64,000 bases of DNA. Source: a virus (taxonomy: Duplodnaviria > Heunggongvirae > Uroviricota > Caudoviricetes). The stretch lies in the IMG/VR virus record IMGVR_UViG_3300038345_000251, positions 247,248 to 311,247 of that record. The stretch is one strand, 5' to 3'. Positions within the stretch are counted from its first letter, which is position 1. Every line of letters begins with the position of its first letter. Positions 56,140 through 64,000 of this stretch are shown in pieces. A model generated the notes under the pieces. The model was not told where the DNA came from. It saw only the letters and a program-made list of their open reading frames with translations, and did no database searches. The position numbers were made by a program, and so were the translations under genes.

Positions 56140-56667
56140 TTATCTTCTTCTTGGTGGTTGATTACCCCTATGTTGATTATTTCTTGGTGGTTGATTACGA
56201 TTAGGATTGTTAGGTGCTGGACGGACATCTGGACGTGGACGATAATTTGGTCTTGGTTGTGGACGTGGTTCAGGTCTACGTGGCGGTGGTGGTGTAACCC
56301 TATATCTTGGATAATGATATGGATAACGGTAATAATAACTACCATAATAAGGATAATAATACCCATAAGGATATACGACAACAGAAGTAGTACTTGTTAC
56401 TTTTTCTGATTCAAGAATTTGTTCAACACCTTCAACAACAACAATTGAATTGTCAATATAATGTTCAGTTCCATTTTGTTCAATAAAATGAATTGAAAAT
56501 AAAGTATCTTGTACAGGTACTTCTTCTAAAACAACATTATTATAACTTCTCAATTTTTCTCCTGTTGGGGATAAAACGCTAACATTACCAAGTGTGACAA
56601 CCCTATTTGATACACCACAACTTGTAATTAAAATCGTCATTAAAATTACAATTAAAATCTTTTTCAT
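56140..56667 (-). CDS. lipoprotein with Tyr/Pro/Arg-rich C-terminus
   Basis: MKKILIV..ITSC lipobox. Confidence 0.6.
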   Translation of the reverse strand: MKKILIVILMTILITSCGVSNRVVTLGNVSVLSPTGEKLRSYNNVVLEEVPVQDTLFSIHFIEQNGTEHYIDNSIVVVEGVEQILESEKVTSTTSVVVYPYGYYYPYYGSYYYRYPYHYPRYRVTPPPPRRPEPRPQPRPNYRPRPDVRPAPNNPNRNQPPRNNQHRGNQPPRRR

Positions 56668-56686
56668 TATACAAAGGTTTTAAAAA

Positions 56687-57427
56687 TTATTTTTTACATT
56701 CATATATTGTTAACAAAGTTTCATCATCTAATGGGTCAATAAATCTTTCGTAAAAATTAGATACCCAATCAAATTGATTTTTAGTTTCATCTAATTCAAC
56801 CCATCCATTTTTATCAACAAATGCATATGCCCAAAATGCAGTACTATGAACAACATAATTTTCTTTAGTTCCAAATGATTGAAAATATGCTGTTCTTTCC
56901 TTCATATTAGTGTATATTTTCTCTTCATATAAGTTAGATGGTTTCCTACCTTCCATTACCATTTCCCAAGCAATACGGTATATTTCTTGACCATTTAGAT
57001 GCATTTTAGACCAATCAATATCTTTCTTTCTTGCTTGAAATAATTCTACACCATCATAAGTTATAAAAGGTACTGAAAATAATTTACCTTTTTGATAAAA
57101 ACTATATTCTCCATTAGGGTTTTTAGTTGATACGGCATTGTTGTTCTCATCCAAATCATAATCAGATGTTAAATAATAATAAGCATCTTCATCTGACATA
57201 TTTTTTAATGCATTTAATTCATCTTGATAATATATTGTTGAGCCATTAGATATGTTACTATCAATAATTTTTTGATATACTTTTTCTCTTTCTTTTTTTA
57301 ATTTATGTGCATCTTTAAAATTATAAACAATATATTCATCAACAGTAATATTACTATCATATGGCATCATCAATTCTTCAGGGTTTTCTCCTGCGACTAT
57401 TGTTTCAAAAAAACTATATTCAACCAT
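56687..57427 (-). CDS. hypothetical protein
   Basis: 246 aa ORF. Confidence 0.6.
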   Translation of the reverse strand: MVEYSFFETIVAGENPEELMMPYDSNITVDEYIVYNFKDAHKLKKEREKVYQKIIDSNISNGSTIYYQDELNALKNMSDEDAYYYLTSDYDLDENNNAVSTKNPNGEYSFYQKGKLFSVPFITYDGVELFQARKKDIDWSKMHLNGQEIYRIAWEMVMEGRKPSNLYEEKIYTNMKERTAYFQSFGTKENYVVHSTAFWAYAFVDKNGWVELDETKNQFDWVSNFYERFIDPLDDETLLTIYECKK

Positions 57428-57439
57428 AATATTTTTTTA

Positions 57440-57748
57440 TTAATCAGGTAATTTATTATTACTAAAATCTGGTAAACAATTATTGTTAAATTGATAAATG
57501 GATAAGATTTCTTTCATTGCATGTTTTTTACTTTCTCTTTCACCCATTGCTTTTCTATTTAACGAATCTATTATAGCATACATTTCTTTATATGTTAATT
57601 TCCTAAAAACCCAAAAACACATAAATTTATAAAGCCAATTCCTTTTGGGAACGGCTTTAACTACTTCATTTATCCATGAACGTTCTTCTTCCATAATTAA
57701 AATACAATTAAAACTGACCAAGTTATTGCCATTAACAATGTTAACCAA
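57440..57748 (-). CDS. hypothetical protein (true start may be MEEER at 57694)
   Basis: ORF in operon. Confidence 0.45.
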   Translation of the reverse strand: MVNIVNGNNLVSFNCILIMEEERSWINEVVKAVPKRNWLYKFMCFWVFRKLTYKEMYAIIDSLNRKAMGERESKKHAMKEILSIYQFNNNCLPDFSNNKLPD

Positions 57749-57909
57749 AGTCTAATAGATGAACTTTTCTTAATAACTTCATTTTCAGTTGTATTTAACT
57801 GTATTGCCTTCATTGCTGGTGACATTGTAATGTCACTTATTAACGTGGTGATAAACGTAACACTTGAAAATAATGCTATTACAGCACAAATATATTTAAG
57901 AAATAACAT
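57697..57909 (-). CDS. small membrane protein
   Basis: 70 aa, two hydrophobic segments. Confidence 0.5.
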   Translation of the reverse strand: MLFLKYICAVIALFSSVTFITTLISDITMSPAMKAIQLNTTENEVIKKSSSIRLWLTLLMAITWSVLIVF

Positions 57910-58216
57910 TGTTGTAAATATCTTCTGCTTTTAACATTCCAATAGTTCTCTTTACTTCTTTACCGTTATTGAAGTAAACACATACAGGAATGTTTCTTAT
58001 ATTTAAATCTCTTGTAATATCATCAGCAAAGTCATCTTCAACGTTAACTTCGCCAAATTTATATCCGTTTAATTTTTCAGGGTCAAGTTTGTTAATAATG
58101 CTTCCAAGTACCCTACATGGACTACACCAATCAGCACTAAATTTTAAAACAACTTTTTCTTGATTAATAAAACTGTCGTATTCTTCTTTCGTATGTAAAA
58201 TTCTAATATCAACCAT
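57896..58216 (-). CDS. trxA: thioredoxin
   Basis: FSADWCSPC, IRNIP. Confidence 0.88.
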   Translation of the reverse strand: MVDIRILHTKEEYDSFINQEKVVLKFSADWCSPCRVLGSIINKLDPEKLNGYKFGEVNVEDDFADDITRDLNIRNIPVCVYFNNGKEVKRTIGMLKAEDIYNNVIS

Positions 58217-58303
58217 AATTTTTTTCTTTTTTTACAAAATTATAAAAAAAATCTGGAAAAAACAAGACTTTCCAGATTTTATAACTAATAATATAAATGA
58301 ATG

Positions 58304-58777
58304 TTAAAACGGAAGTTCTTCGTCATTGTCTTCATCAACATAAGGTGTTGGTTGTTCAACAGGCTCTTCTTTTTCAACAGGTTTTGGTTTAGCACTTGGC
58401 ATACTTGTACTAACATTTTCATCTTCCTGTGGTGCTGCCTGTGGCTGTGCAGTTGTACCGTCACGTTTAGTATTAGTATTAACGATTCTAACCATATCAG
58501 TAACAACATCGTAATTGATATATAACTGTCCGTTTTTACTGAAAGAAGGTCTTACGTTTACCACACCTGACACAAAAACCAATGAACCCTTTTTAAGTGC
58601 TTTAATCTGCTTATCAATGATAAATGGATTAAAAGAAACACAATCATACCAAGTAGAAGATTCTTCACCGTTTTTAAATTCGTTTTCTACAATTTTAAAC
58701 TTAACAACTTTAGTTCCACCTGAAGTAGTTTCAACTTCAGCATCTTTTCCTAAACGACCAATAATGTGTCCAATCAT
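58304..58777 (-). CDS. ssb: single-stranded DNA-binding protein
   Basis: IIGRLGKDAE OB fold, KKGSLVFVSG, acidic tail DEELPF. Confidence 0.88.
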   Translation of the reverse strand: MIGHIIGRLGKDAEVETTSGGTKVVKFKIVENEFKNGEESSTWYDCVSFNPFIIDKQIKALKKGSLVFVSGVVNVRPSFSKNGQLYINYDVVTDMVRIVNTNTKRDGTTAQPQAAPQEDENVSTSMPSAKPKPVEKEEPVEQPTPYVDEDNDEELPF

Positions 58778-58813
58778 AATTTTTAGTAAGTTTTAAATAA
58801 TTAATAAATTTTG

Positions 58814-58886
58814 TTGTGATGAGAGGATTCGAACCTCTGACTTTCAGGGCCAAAACCTGACGTTCTACCAACTGAACTACATCACA
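58814..58886 (-). tRNA. tRNA-Gln(UUG), outside the main array
   Basis: TCAGG-TT TTG GC-CCTGA, U1-A72. Confidence 0.9.
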
Positions 58887-58967
58887 TTTTTTAGTAGAAG
58901 TAATTAATAAATATATCCTTCTACTTTTTTGCAATACAAATATACGTTTTTTTATTGAAAAAAACAA

Positions 58968-59417
58968 TTATTCTTCAGTTTTTTCTTCATCAGGTGTTGT
59001 TTTTTCATCTGAATTAACTTCTTCATAAGGTGTTTCGTCTATACTTTGTACAGGTGTTTCCTTAGTTTGAAGTTCATTAAGTTTCTTACCAATGGCAAGT
59101 TCTTCATTTGTAGTATCAACCTCGCTTACACCATTCTTCTGATTTTCGTAATCCTTTAACCATTGGTCATAATATTTTTCAGTTTTCTTTACCTGAAGCA
59201 TATATTCCTTATAAGAAATACGATGATTATTATACTGTCTTCTTAAACCTTTAAGAATTTCTTGCTTGGTTGCAAATCTTTCTTCACCTTCTGGAGCACT
59301 CTGTGTTGGTGTTGTAGAATTCGTTTGATTGTGTTTAACAACTTCCTTTACTTCGCTTTTAGCCGCCTTTTTTACTTCATTTTCATCAGTAGCAACTCTT
59401 TCTCTTTGTTTTGCCAT
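58968..59417 (-). CDS. hypothetical protein
   Basis: 149 aa, charged. Confidence 0.55.
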   Translation of the reverse strand: MAKQRERVATDENEVKKAAKSEVKEVVKHNQTNSTTPTQSAPEGEERFATKQEILKGLRRQYNNHRISYKEYMLQVKKTEKYYDQWLKDYENQKNGVSEVDTTNEELAIGKKLNELQTKETPVQSIDETPYEEVNSDEKTTPDEEKTEE

Positions 59418-59461
59418 AATTTATTTTTTTTAATTCAATTATTGTTTTATATTTATATATA

Positions 59462-60280
59462 TTATTTTATTTTACATAATTCGAAAAATTTTTCTTTATT
59501 GTCACTTAAAAGAAAAGCGTCAAACACTTTAAATTTATTTCTTGTAAAAGTTACTGTTTCTCCTTTAACAACTTTAGTTTGAGTTGTTTCCTCTTTAGCA
59601 ATAAACCTACCATATTTATATTTGTCTTCAAACATATTCCAATCAACAATGCATCTATCATTACACATTGCAATTTGTTCGTCAGTATTTTTACCAAGAA
59701 GTTCCTTGTGTGGAATATATGTTTGGGCAGTTTGCTGTTTAGAATTCTTTATACAGTCTAATTGACGATAAAGAAACCAAGCATATACATCGTTCTGATT
59801 AGGAACAACCCACGCTTTACAGTCAAATTGTGCCATTTTCATTTTATCAATCAAATTATATACATCATCCAAAGAAACTTTATCATATCCTTCATCAAGT
59901 TTATCAGAAATATTATAAAGTATAAAATTTCTATTAAATTCAGATGTTGCCATAGCAGCAAGAATAGATTGAATCTTACAAAGTCTTCCACCAAATAACG
60001 TATCAGTTTCAGGCGTGTCATAATCAGTAATAAGTAACGAAATTTCATCACTCTGTACATACGCAAGTTTACATCCCTGCACGTTTTCACATAAGAATTT
60101 AGCCGTTTCGTTCATCATTCTAATAAAATAATCATCAAATGGCTTTTCAAAGTTATTTTTCACTAACTTACTAAAATTCTTACCGTCCAACATTATAAGA
60201 ATATTGCTATTTGGAAGCAGACGATAGTCAGTAAGACTTCTATAGTACTGACATTTATCTTCAAGATTTTTAAAGTTCAT
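59462..60280 (-). CDS. Thg1-like tRNA guanylyltransferase (3'-5' polymerase)
   Basis: IMLDGKNFSKL, YVQSDEISLL, FGGRLCK, FDCKAW, WFLYRQxD..KNS. Confidence 0.9.
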   Translation of the reverse strand: MNFKNLEDKCQYYRSLTDYRLLPNSNILIMLDGKNFSKLVKNNFEKPFDDYFIRMMNETAKFLCENVQGCKLAYVQSDEISLLITDYDTPETDTLFGGRLCKIQSILAAMATSEFNRNFILYNISDKLDEGYDKVSLDDVYNLIDKMKMAQFDCKAWVVPNQNDVYAWFLYRQLDCIKNSKQQTAQTYIPHKELLGKNTDEQIAMCNDRCIVDWNMFEDKYKYGRFIAKEETTQTKVVKGETVTFTRNKFKVFDAFLLSDNKEKFFELCKIK

Positions 60281-60746
60281 ATTTATTTTTATCAATTAAA
60301 GGATTTTCTTTTTCTATACGTTTCCAATGTTTTTCAAAATCTTCTATATCATTTTCAAATAGTCCGACCCATTTATATTCTGGATATTCATTGATGGCAG
60401 TTTCAATAACCTTATAAACTGAAGGAAACCTGCGTGTACCATCTTCCATATATTGTTCAACCATATTTTGAATATGTTGCTCCTTAGTAAATGATACACC
60501 AAGCATTTCATAATCATAAAGATTACTATCTTTTTTAGCAAGTTCAAAGGCTTCTTTTTCAGTAGGATGATACGTTAGTTCAACTTCATCTTTGACTGAA
60601 TATTCCCAAGCATAGTTTTCATATTTTTTTTGATATTCATCAAACTTTGTTTTATCAACAAATCCAACTTTACCATAATAATGTTCAGCATTAAAACAGT
60701 AATCTCTAAAAGTTGAAATAAATATTAATAAAATTTTATCTTCCAT
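60270..60746 (-). CDS. hypothetical protein
   Basis: 158 aa ORF. Confidence 0.55.
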   Translation of the reverse strand: MEDKILLIFISTFRDYCFNAEHYYGKVGFVDKTKFDEYQKKYENYAWEYSVKDEVELTYHPTEKEAFELAKKDSNLYDYEMLGVSFTKEQHIQNMVEQYMEDGTRRFPSVYKVIETAINEYPEYKWVGLFENDIEDFEKHWKRIEKENPLIDKNKYEL

Positions 60747-60851
60747 TATTCTTTAAAATATTTATTTGGTAAAAAATTAATCCAAAATATAAGTGCTATG
60801 TTATATAACTTTGGAAATTTTTCTAAATCCTTGGCAAATTTTATACCAAAC

Positions 60852-61628
60852 TTAGTTATCCTCAGTTTCTTTTTGTTTCTTCTTGTGTTTTTCATAATAT
60901 TCTTGATTAGTCCAACCATAAAAATCCATATCAGATTCGTATTTTAATGCCTTATCTTTCTTATTTTCAGGAATACATCTTTCACAATACGGCTCTATCC
61001 ATCCGTTTGTGACATATTCAGCGGGTCTACCACATTCAATACACGTTCTATATGAAATATAACCATATTTTGCTATAACTTTCTCTGTTTGTCTATTTCC
61101 ACCTGTATCGTACCAACATAATGTTCCATGTTTCTCCTTTATTTGGTCAATCCTATATTTTTTAAGTGTTTTCCTTCCATCTTCAAGTAATGCTTTTTTT
61201 ATTTCCTTACACATTTGAATTCCAAAACATTTTCTCCATCCATATGGCATTGCACCTAATTCAGTATATAAAGGAACACAATGAAATATACCTAAAAAAA
61301 TATTCAATAAATCAGCACATTTAATTTTAAATGCAAGATACTTATTTTTTACTTCCCAACATCCTGGTACATTACTATATTTTTTATTTATTTTATTCGG
61401 ATTCCATTCATAAGCATCATTCCATTTATCTCTATGATAATCCCATAATTTCCAATTAGTGTAATGTTTACCTGTCCATCTATTCCTTGGATATAAAAAA
61501 GGAAAACGAATACATAAAATAGTAGATTTCGTTGCTCTTATTGGCCAAGTAAAAAACCTATGTATTTTATATTTAATGTGATTTATTTTTTGTCGTTTCA
61601 TTAAATCATTTAATTCTTTTTCTGTCAT
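60852..61628 (-). CDS. hypothetical phage protein with CxxC
   Basis: MPYGW..QIKEKHGTLCWY..TCIECG..GWIEPYC. Confidence 0.6.
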   Translation of the reverse strand: MTEKELNDLMKRQKINHIKYKIHRFFTWPIRATKSTILCIRFPFLYPRNRWTGKHYTNWKLWDYHRDKWNDAYEWNPNKINKKYSNVPGCWEVKNKYLAFKIKCADLLNIFLGIFHCVPLYTELGAMPYGWRKCFGIQMCKEIKKALLEDGRKTLKKYRIDQIKEKHGTLCWYDTGGNRQTEKVIAKYGYISYRTCIECGRPAEYVTNGWIEPYCERCIPENKKDKALKYESDMDFYGWTNQEYYEKHKKKQKETEDN

Positions 61629-62074
61629 TTTAAACCAAGTTTACTATCTTTATTCTTTTTAAAATAGTTTATAATTTCTTCAGGTGATGCTTTATGTGTT
61701 TTGGGTGAATTTAATGCTTTTATTCTTTTATCTACTAAACAAAATTCAAGTGTACCAGGTTCAATCCACATACCTAAATTAACCCAACTTGCACCGTCTT
61801 CATTAACCCAGAACTGATATTTATCTAAATCATCCCTTATTGCAATTATTCCAAAAAAAGCATTTATATCATCACCACAATCAAAAGTATCAAAACTATT
61901 ATAGAAATTATCAAAATTTTGAATAAATACTGTATCGTTTGTTGTGAAAGCATATAAATCACATTGAGATTGATTCAACATATGTTTTTCAATTTCATAT
62001 TCAAGATTATCTAATTTTTTTAAAAAATCAGACAAATCATTAATCTTAACATTTGCTTTATATTTATATTTCAT
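61625..62074 (-). CDS. hypothetical protein
   Basis: 149 aa ORF. Confidence 0.55.
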   Translation of the reverse strand: MKYKYKANVKINDLSDFLKKLDNLEYEIEKHMLNQSQCDLYAFTTNDTVFIQNFDNFYNSFDTFDCGDDINAFFGIIAIRDDLDKYQFWVNEDGASWVNLGMWIEPGTLEFCLVDKRIKALNSPKTHKASPEEIINYFKKNKDSKLGLK

Positions 62075-62076
62075 AT

Positions 62077-62406
62077 TTAAAAACCTTCTTTTTTTAAATC
62101 TTCTTTTAATCTTTCATGAAACGTATCTTCTCCATCGTCACCCGAAATAAGCCAATCAATTCTTTGTGCATAAATATATGCTTTTTTGAGATATTTAAGT
62201 CCTTTTTTAAACTCTTTAATTGTATCATTGGAAAAGTTATAATAATATTTTGCATATTCTTTAACGTTTCCATTTTCATCAATTTCCCAAGGGTCTAAAC
62301 TTTCTTTTGGTCTTTCTTTTTTATTTTCTCTAATTATTTGTTCGACTTCATCAGCAATTTGGGAAATACGGTATTGTTGATAGTCACATAAATGTCCACC
62401 ACTCAT
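62077..62406 (-). CDS. hypothetical phage protein
   Basis: MSGGHL..RIDWLISGDDGEDTF. Confidence 0.6.
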   Translation of the reverse strand: MSGGHLCDYQQYRISQIADEVEQIIRENKKERPKESLDPWEIDENGNVKEYAKYYYNFSNDTIKEFKKGLKYLKKAYIYAQRIDWLISGDDGEDTFHERLKEDLKKEGF

Positions 62407-62471
62407 AATTTTATTTTTTTACAAAAATACAATTTTATTTTTTAAAAAACAAACATTTCTACTATTATATA

Positions 62472-62578
62472 CATACACGTGTATGCGTGAGTAACTTATA
62501 GTTCTGGAAATTTATTTAGCTAAATATATTTAAGCTAAATATTTTATTTTAAGCTAATTATATATAAGCTAAATAAAT
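62472..62578. repeat. palindromes plus 4 AGCTAA(A/T)T direct repeats in a divergent intergenic region
   Basis: CATACACGTGTATG, TATTTAGCTAAATA, then three further TAAGCTAA copies. Confidence 0.6.
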
Positions 62579-62680
62579 TAATTAATAGTCCTGTTAAGTT
62601 ATATAAGCATTGTATGTCAAAAAAGTGCAATAGTTGTTTTTTTAAGTTTTTTTTTGTAGCTTTGTCAAAAACAACGCAAT

Positions 62681-62932
62681 ATGGAAAAAGAAATCAAATT
62701 ATTCAATCGTGATGGTATTGGTACAAAATTTGTACAAATCGAAGACAATGTATATAAACTTGAACAGAGTATAGATTTAAATTGGGGTATTACAGGTACG
62801 CTTGACAACATTATAGCGGTTGACCCACCTGGTGGACCATATATTACTGTTGGCTATCAAGTACAAGATTATGTTGTTGTTGATATTAAAAATGATAAAG
62901 GGATTAAATTTACATTAGCAAAACTTAAATAA
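62681..62932 (+). CDS. hypothetical protein
   Basis: 83 aa ORF. Confidence 0.55.
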   Translation: MEKEIKLFNRDGIGTKFVQIEDNVYKLEQSIDLNWGITGTLDNIIAVDPPGGPYITVGYQVQDYVVVDIKNDKGIKFTLAKLK

Positions 62933-62934
62933 TT

Positions 62935-63480
62935 ATGAGTACAAACAAAATCGTATCTTTAGTATTGGTTCTCCTTATCGGTTTAGGAGCAATTGTTGGT
63001 GTTTCTATGTATTTCAGTTATAACAATGCTGAAATTAACCTTCGTAAACAGTCTGATGCACAACGTAGCAAAGTTGAAGGTGTTTATGATAAAATGTGGA
63101 AAATTATTCAACAGAAAGCACAAGTTTCTAATGAATATAAAGAAGCATTTAAAGAAATTTATCCTGAAATTATTAGTGGACGTTATTCTTCAGGTGATGG
63201 TAGTCTTATGAAATGGATTCAAGAAAGCAATCCAGAATTTGACACTTCACTTTATAAAGACTTGATGGCATCAATAGAAATTTATCGTACAGAGTTTCAA
63301 CATGCACAAGAAAAAATGATTGATATTATTCGTGAACATGAAGTTCTTACTTCAACATATCCTTCAAAATGGTTCGTTAAAAATAAACAGCCTATTGAAT
63401 ACACCGTGATTTCTTCGACAAGAACGAAAGGTACTGTTGAAACAGGTATTGATGATGATGTTGACTTATTTAAGAAATAA
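62935..63480 (+). CDS. membrane-anchored phage protein
   Basis: N-terminal TM segment, soluble helical domain. Confidence 0.6.
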   Translation: MSTNKIVSLVLVLLIGLGAIVGVSMYFSYNNAEINLRKQSDAQRSKVEGVYDKMWKIIQQKAQVSNEYKEAFKEIYPEIISGRYSSGDGSLMKWIQESNPEFDTSLYKDLMASIEIYRTEFQHAQEKMIDIIREHEVLTSTYPSKWFVKNKQPIEYTVISSTRTKGTVETGIDDDVDLFKK

Positions 63481-63483
63481 ATA

Positions 63484-64000
63484 ATGGAAATTGTTTTATT
63501 TGTAATTCCATTTATTGTATCAGTTTTACTTCTTATTTTTTTTAAGAAGCATACTGTGTGGTGGGAATACCTTATTTTGGTAATCCCATCCTTGCTTTTT
63601 ACTCTTGGTGTAAAAGGAATAATGATTAAAGCAAACACGACTGATACAGAATATTATGGCGGTTACATTGTAAAAGTAAGACATTATGATGAGTGGGATG
63701 AATGGATAGAAAGAACATGTACTAGACAAGTTCCTATTGGGGAAGATAAAGATGGTAATACAATATACAAAGAAGAAGAGTATGATTGTTCTTATAGACA
63801 ATACCATCCTGAATATTGGGTATATGTTACTAATTTATCAAACTTTGAAATACCATTATCAGATAAATTGTTTGAATATATAAGAAAGCGATTTGGTTCA
63901 CCAATGGTATTTGTTGATATGCATAGGAATTATTATAGAATTGATGGTGATGCACAGGATTATTATTGGACAGGAACAAGAGAAACTATATATACGGTTA
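63484..64000 (+). CDS. membrane protein, runs off the window end
   Basis: own translation MEIVLFVIPFIVSVLLLIFFKKH..; frame open to the edge. Confidence 0.6.
   Translation, partial: MEIVLFVIPFIVSVLLLIFFKKHTVWWEYLILVIPSLLFTLGVKGIMIKANTTDTEYYGGYIVKVRHYDEWDEWIERTCTRQVPIGEDKDGNTIYKEEEYDCSYRQYHPEYWVYVTNLSNFEIPLSDKLFEYIRKRFGSPMVFVDMHRNYYRIDGDAQDYYWTGTRETIYTV

Noticed and set aside
1-64000. Genome-wide TAG-to-Gln recoding (code 15, Lak-like)
   Set aside because: All long genes are intact in code 11 and I found only one in-frame TAG.

Overview
This AT-rich 64 kb window looks like part of a jumbo or mega bacteriophage. The host is probably Bacteroidetes, judging from many TAnnTTTG promoter elements. 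About 3-17.4 kb is a minus-strand RNA array: about 25 decodable tRNA genes, tmRNA, several atypical or permuted tRNA-like RNAs, orphan structured RNAs and three free-standing homing endonuclease genes. About 17.4-46.8 kb carries translation, nucleotide, chaperone and replication genes: PTH-like, vWA plus PurA-like, ThyX, ClpP, CoaD, SbcD/SbcC-like, primase, two sigma-70 factors, a DNA methylase, RuvC-like, macrodomain and DnaJ. About 46.9-56.1 kb (plus strand) encodes large virion or fibre proteins, followed by thioredoxin, SSB, tRNA-Gln and a Thg1-like protein. The main candidate new systems are: (1) five 79-136 nt anticodon-loop introns (Gly-UCC, Glu-UUC, Tyr-GUA, Asn-GUU, Arg-UCU) that are neither group I, group II nor BHB type, all starting AUACRG, containing a covarying CRG/CYG pairing and a nested tRNA-elbow-like domain, and ending in C; (2) about 10 stem+RCAGCA(A) elements that display anticodon loops, in both linear and circularly permuted form; (3) an amber-suppressor tRNA, near-absence of UAG stops and one gene with an in-frame UAG; (4) an RF2-type CUU-UGA-C +1 shift site that restores a HAD gene downstream of a LAGLIDADG insertion. 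All RNA folds were derived by eye and all protein calls rest on recognised motifs; no database searches were run.
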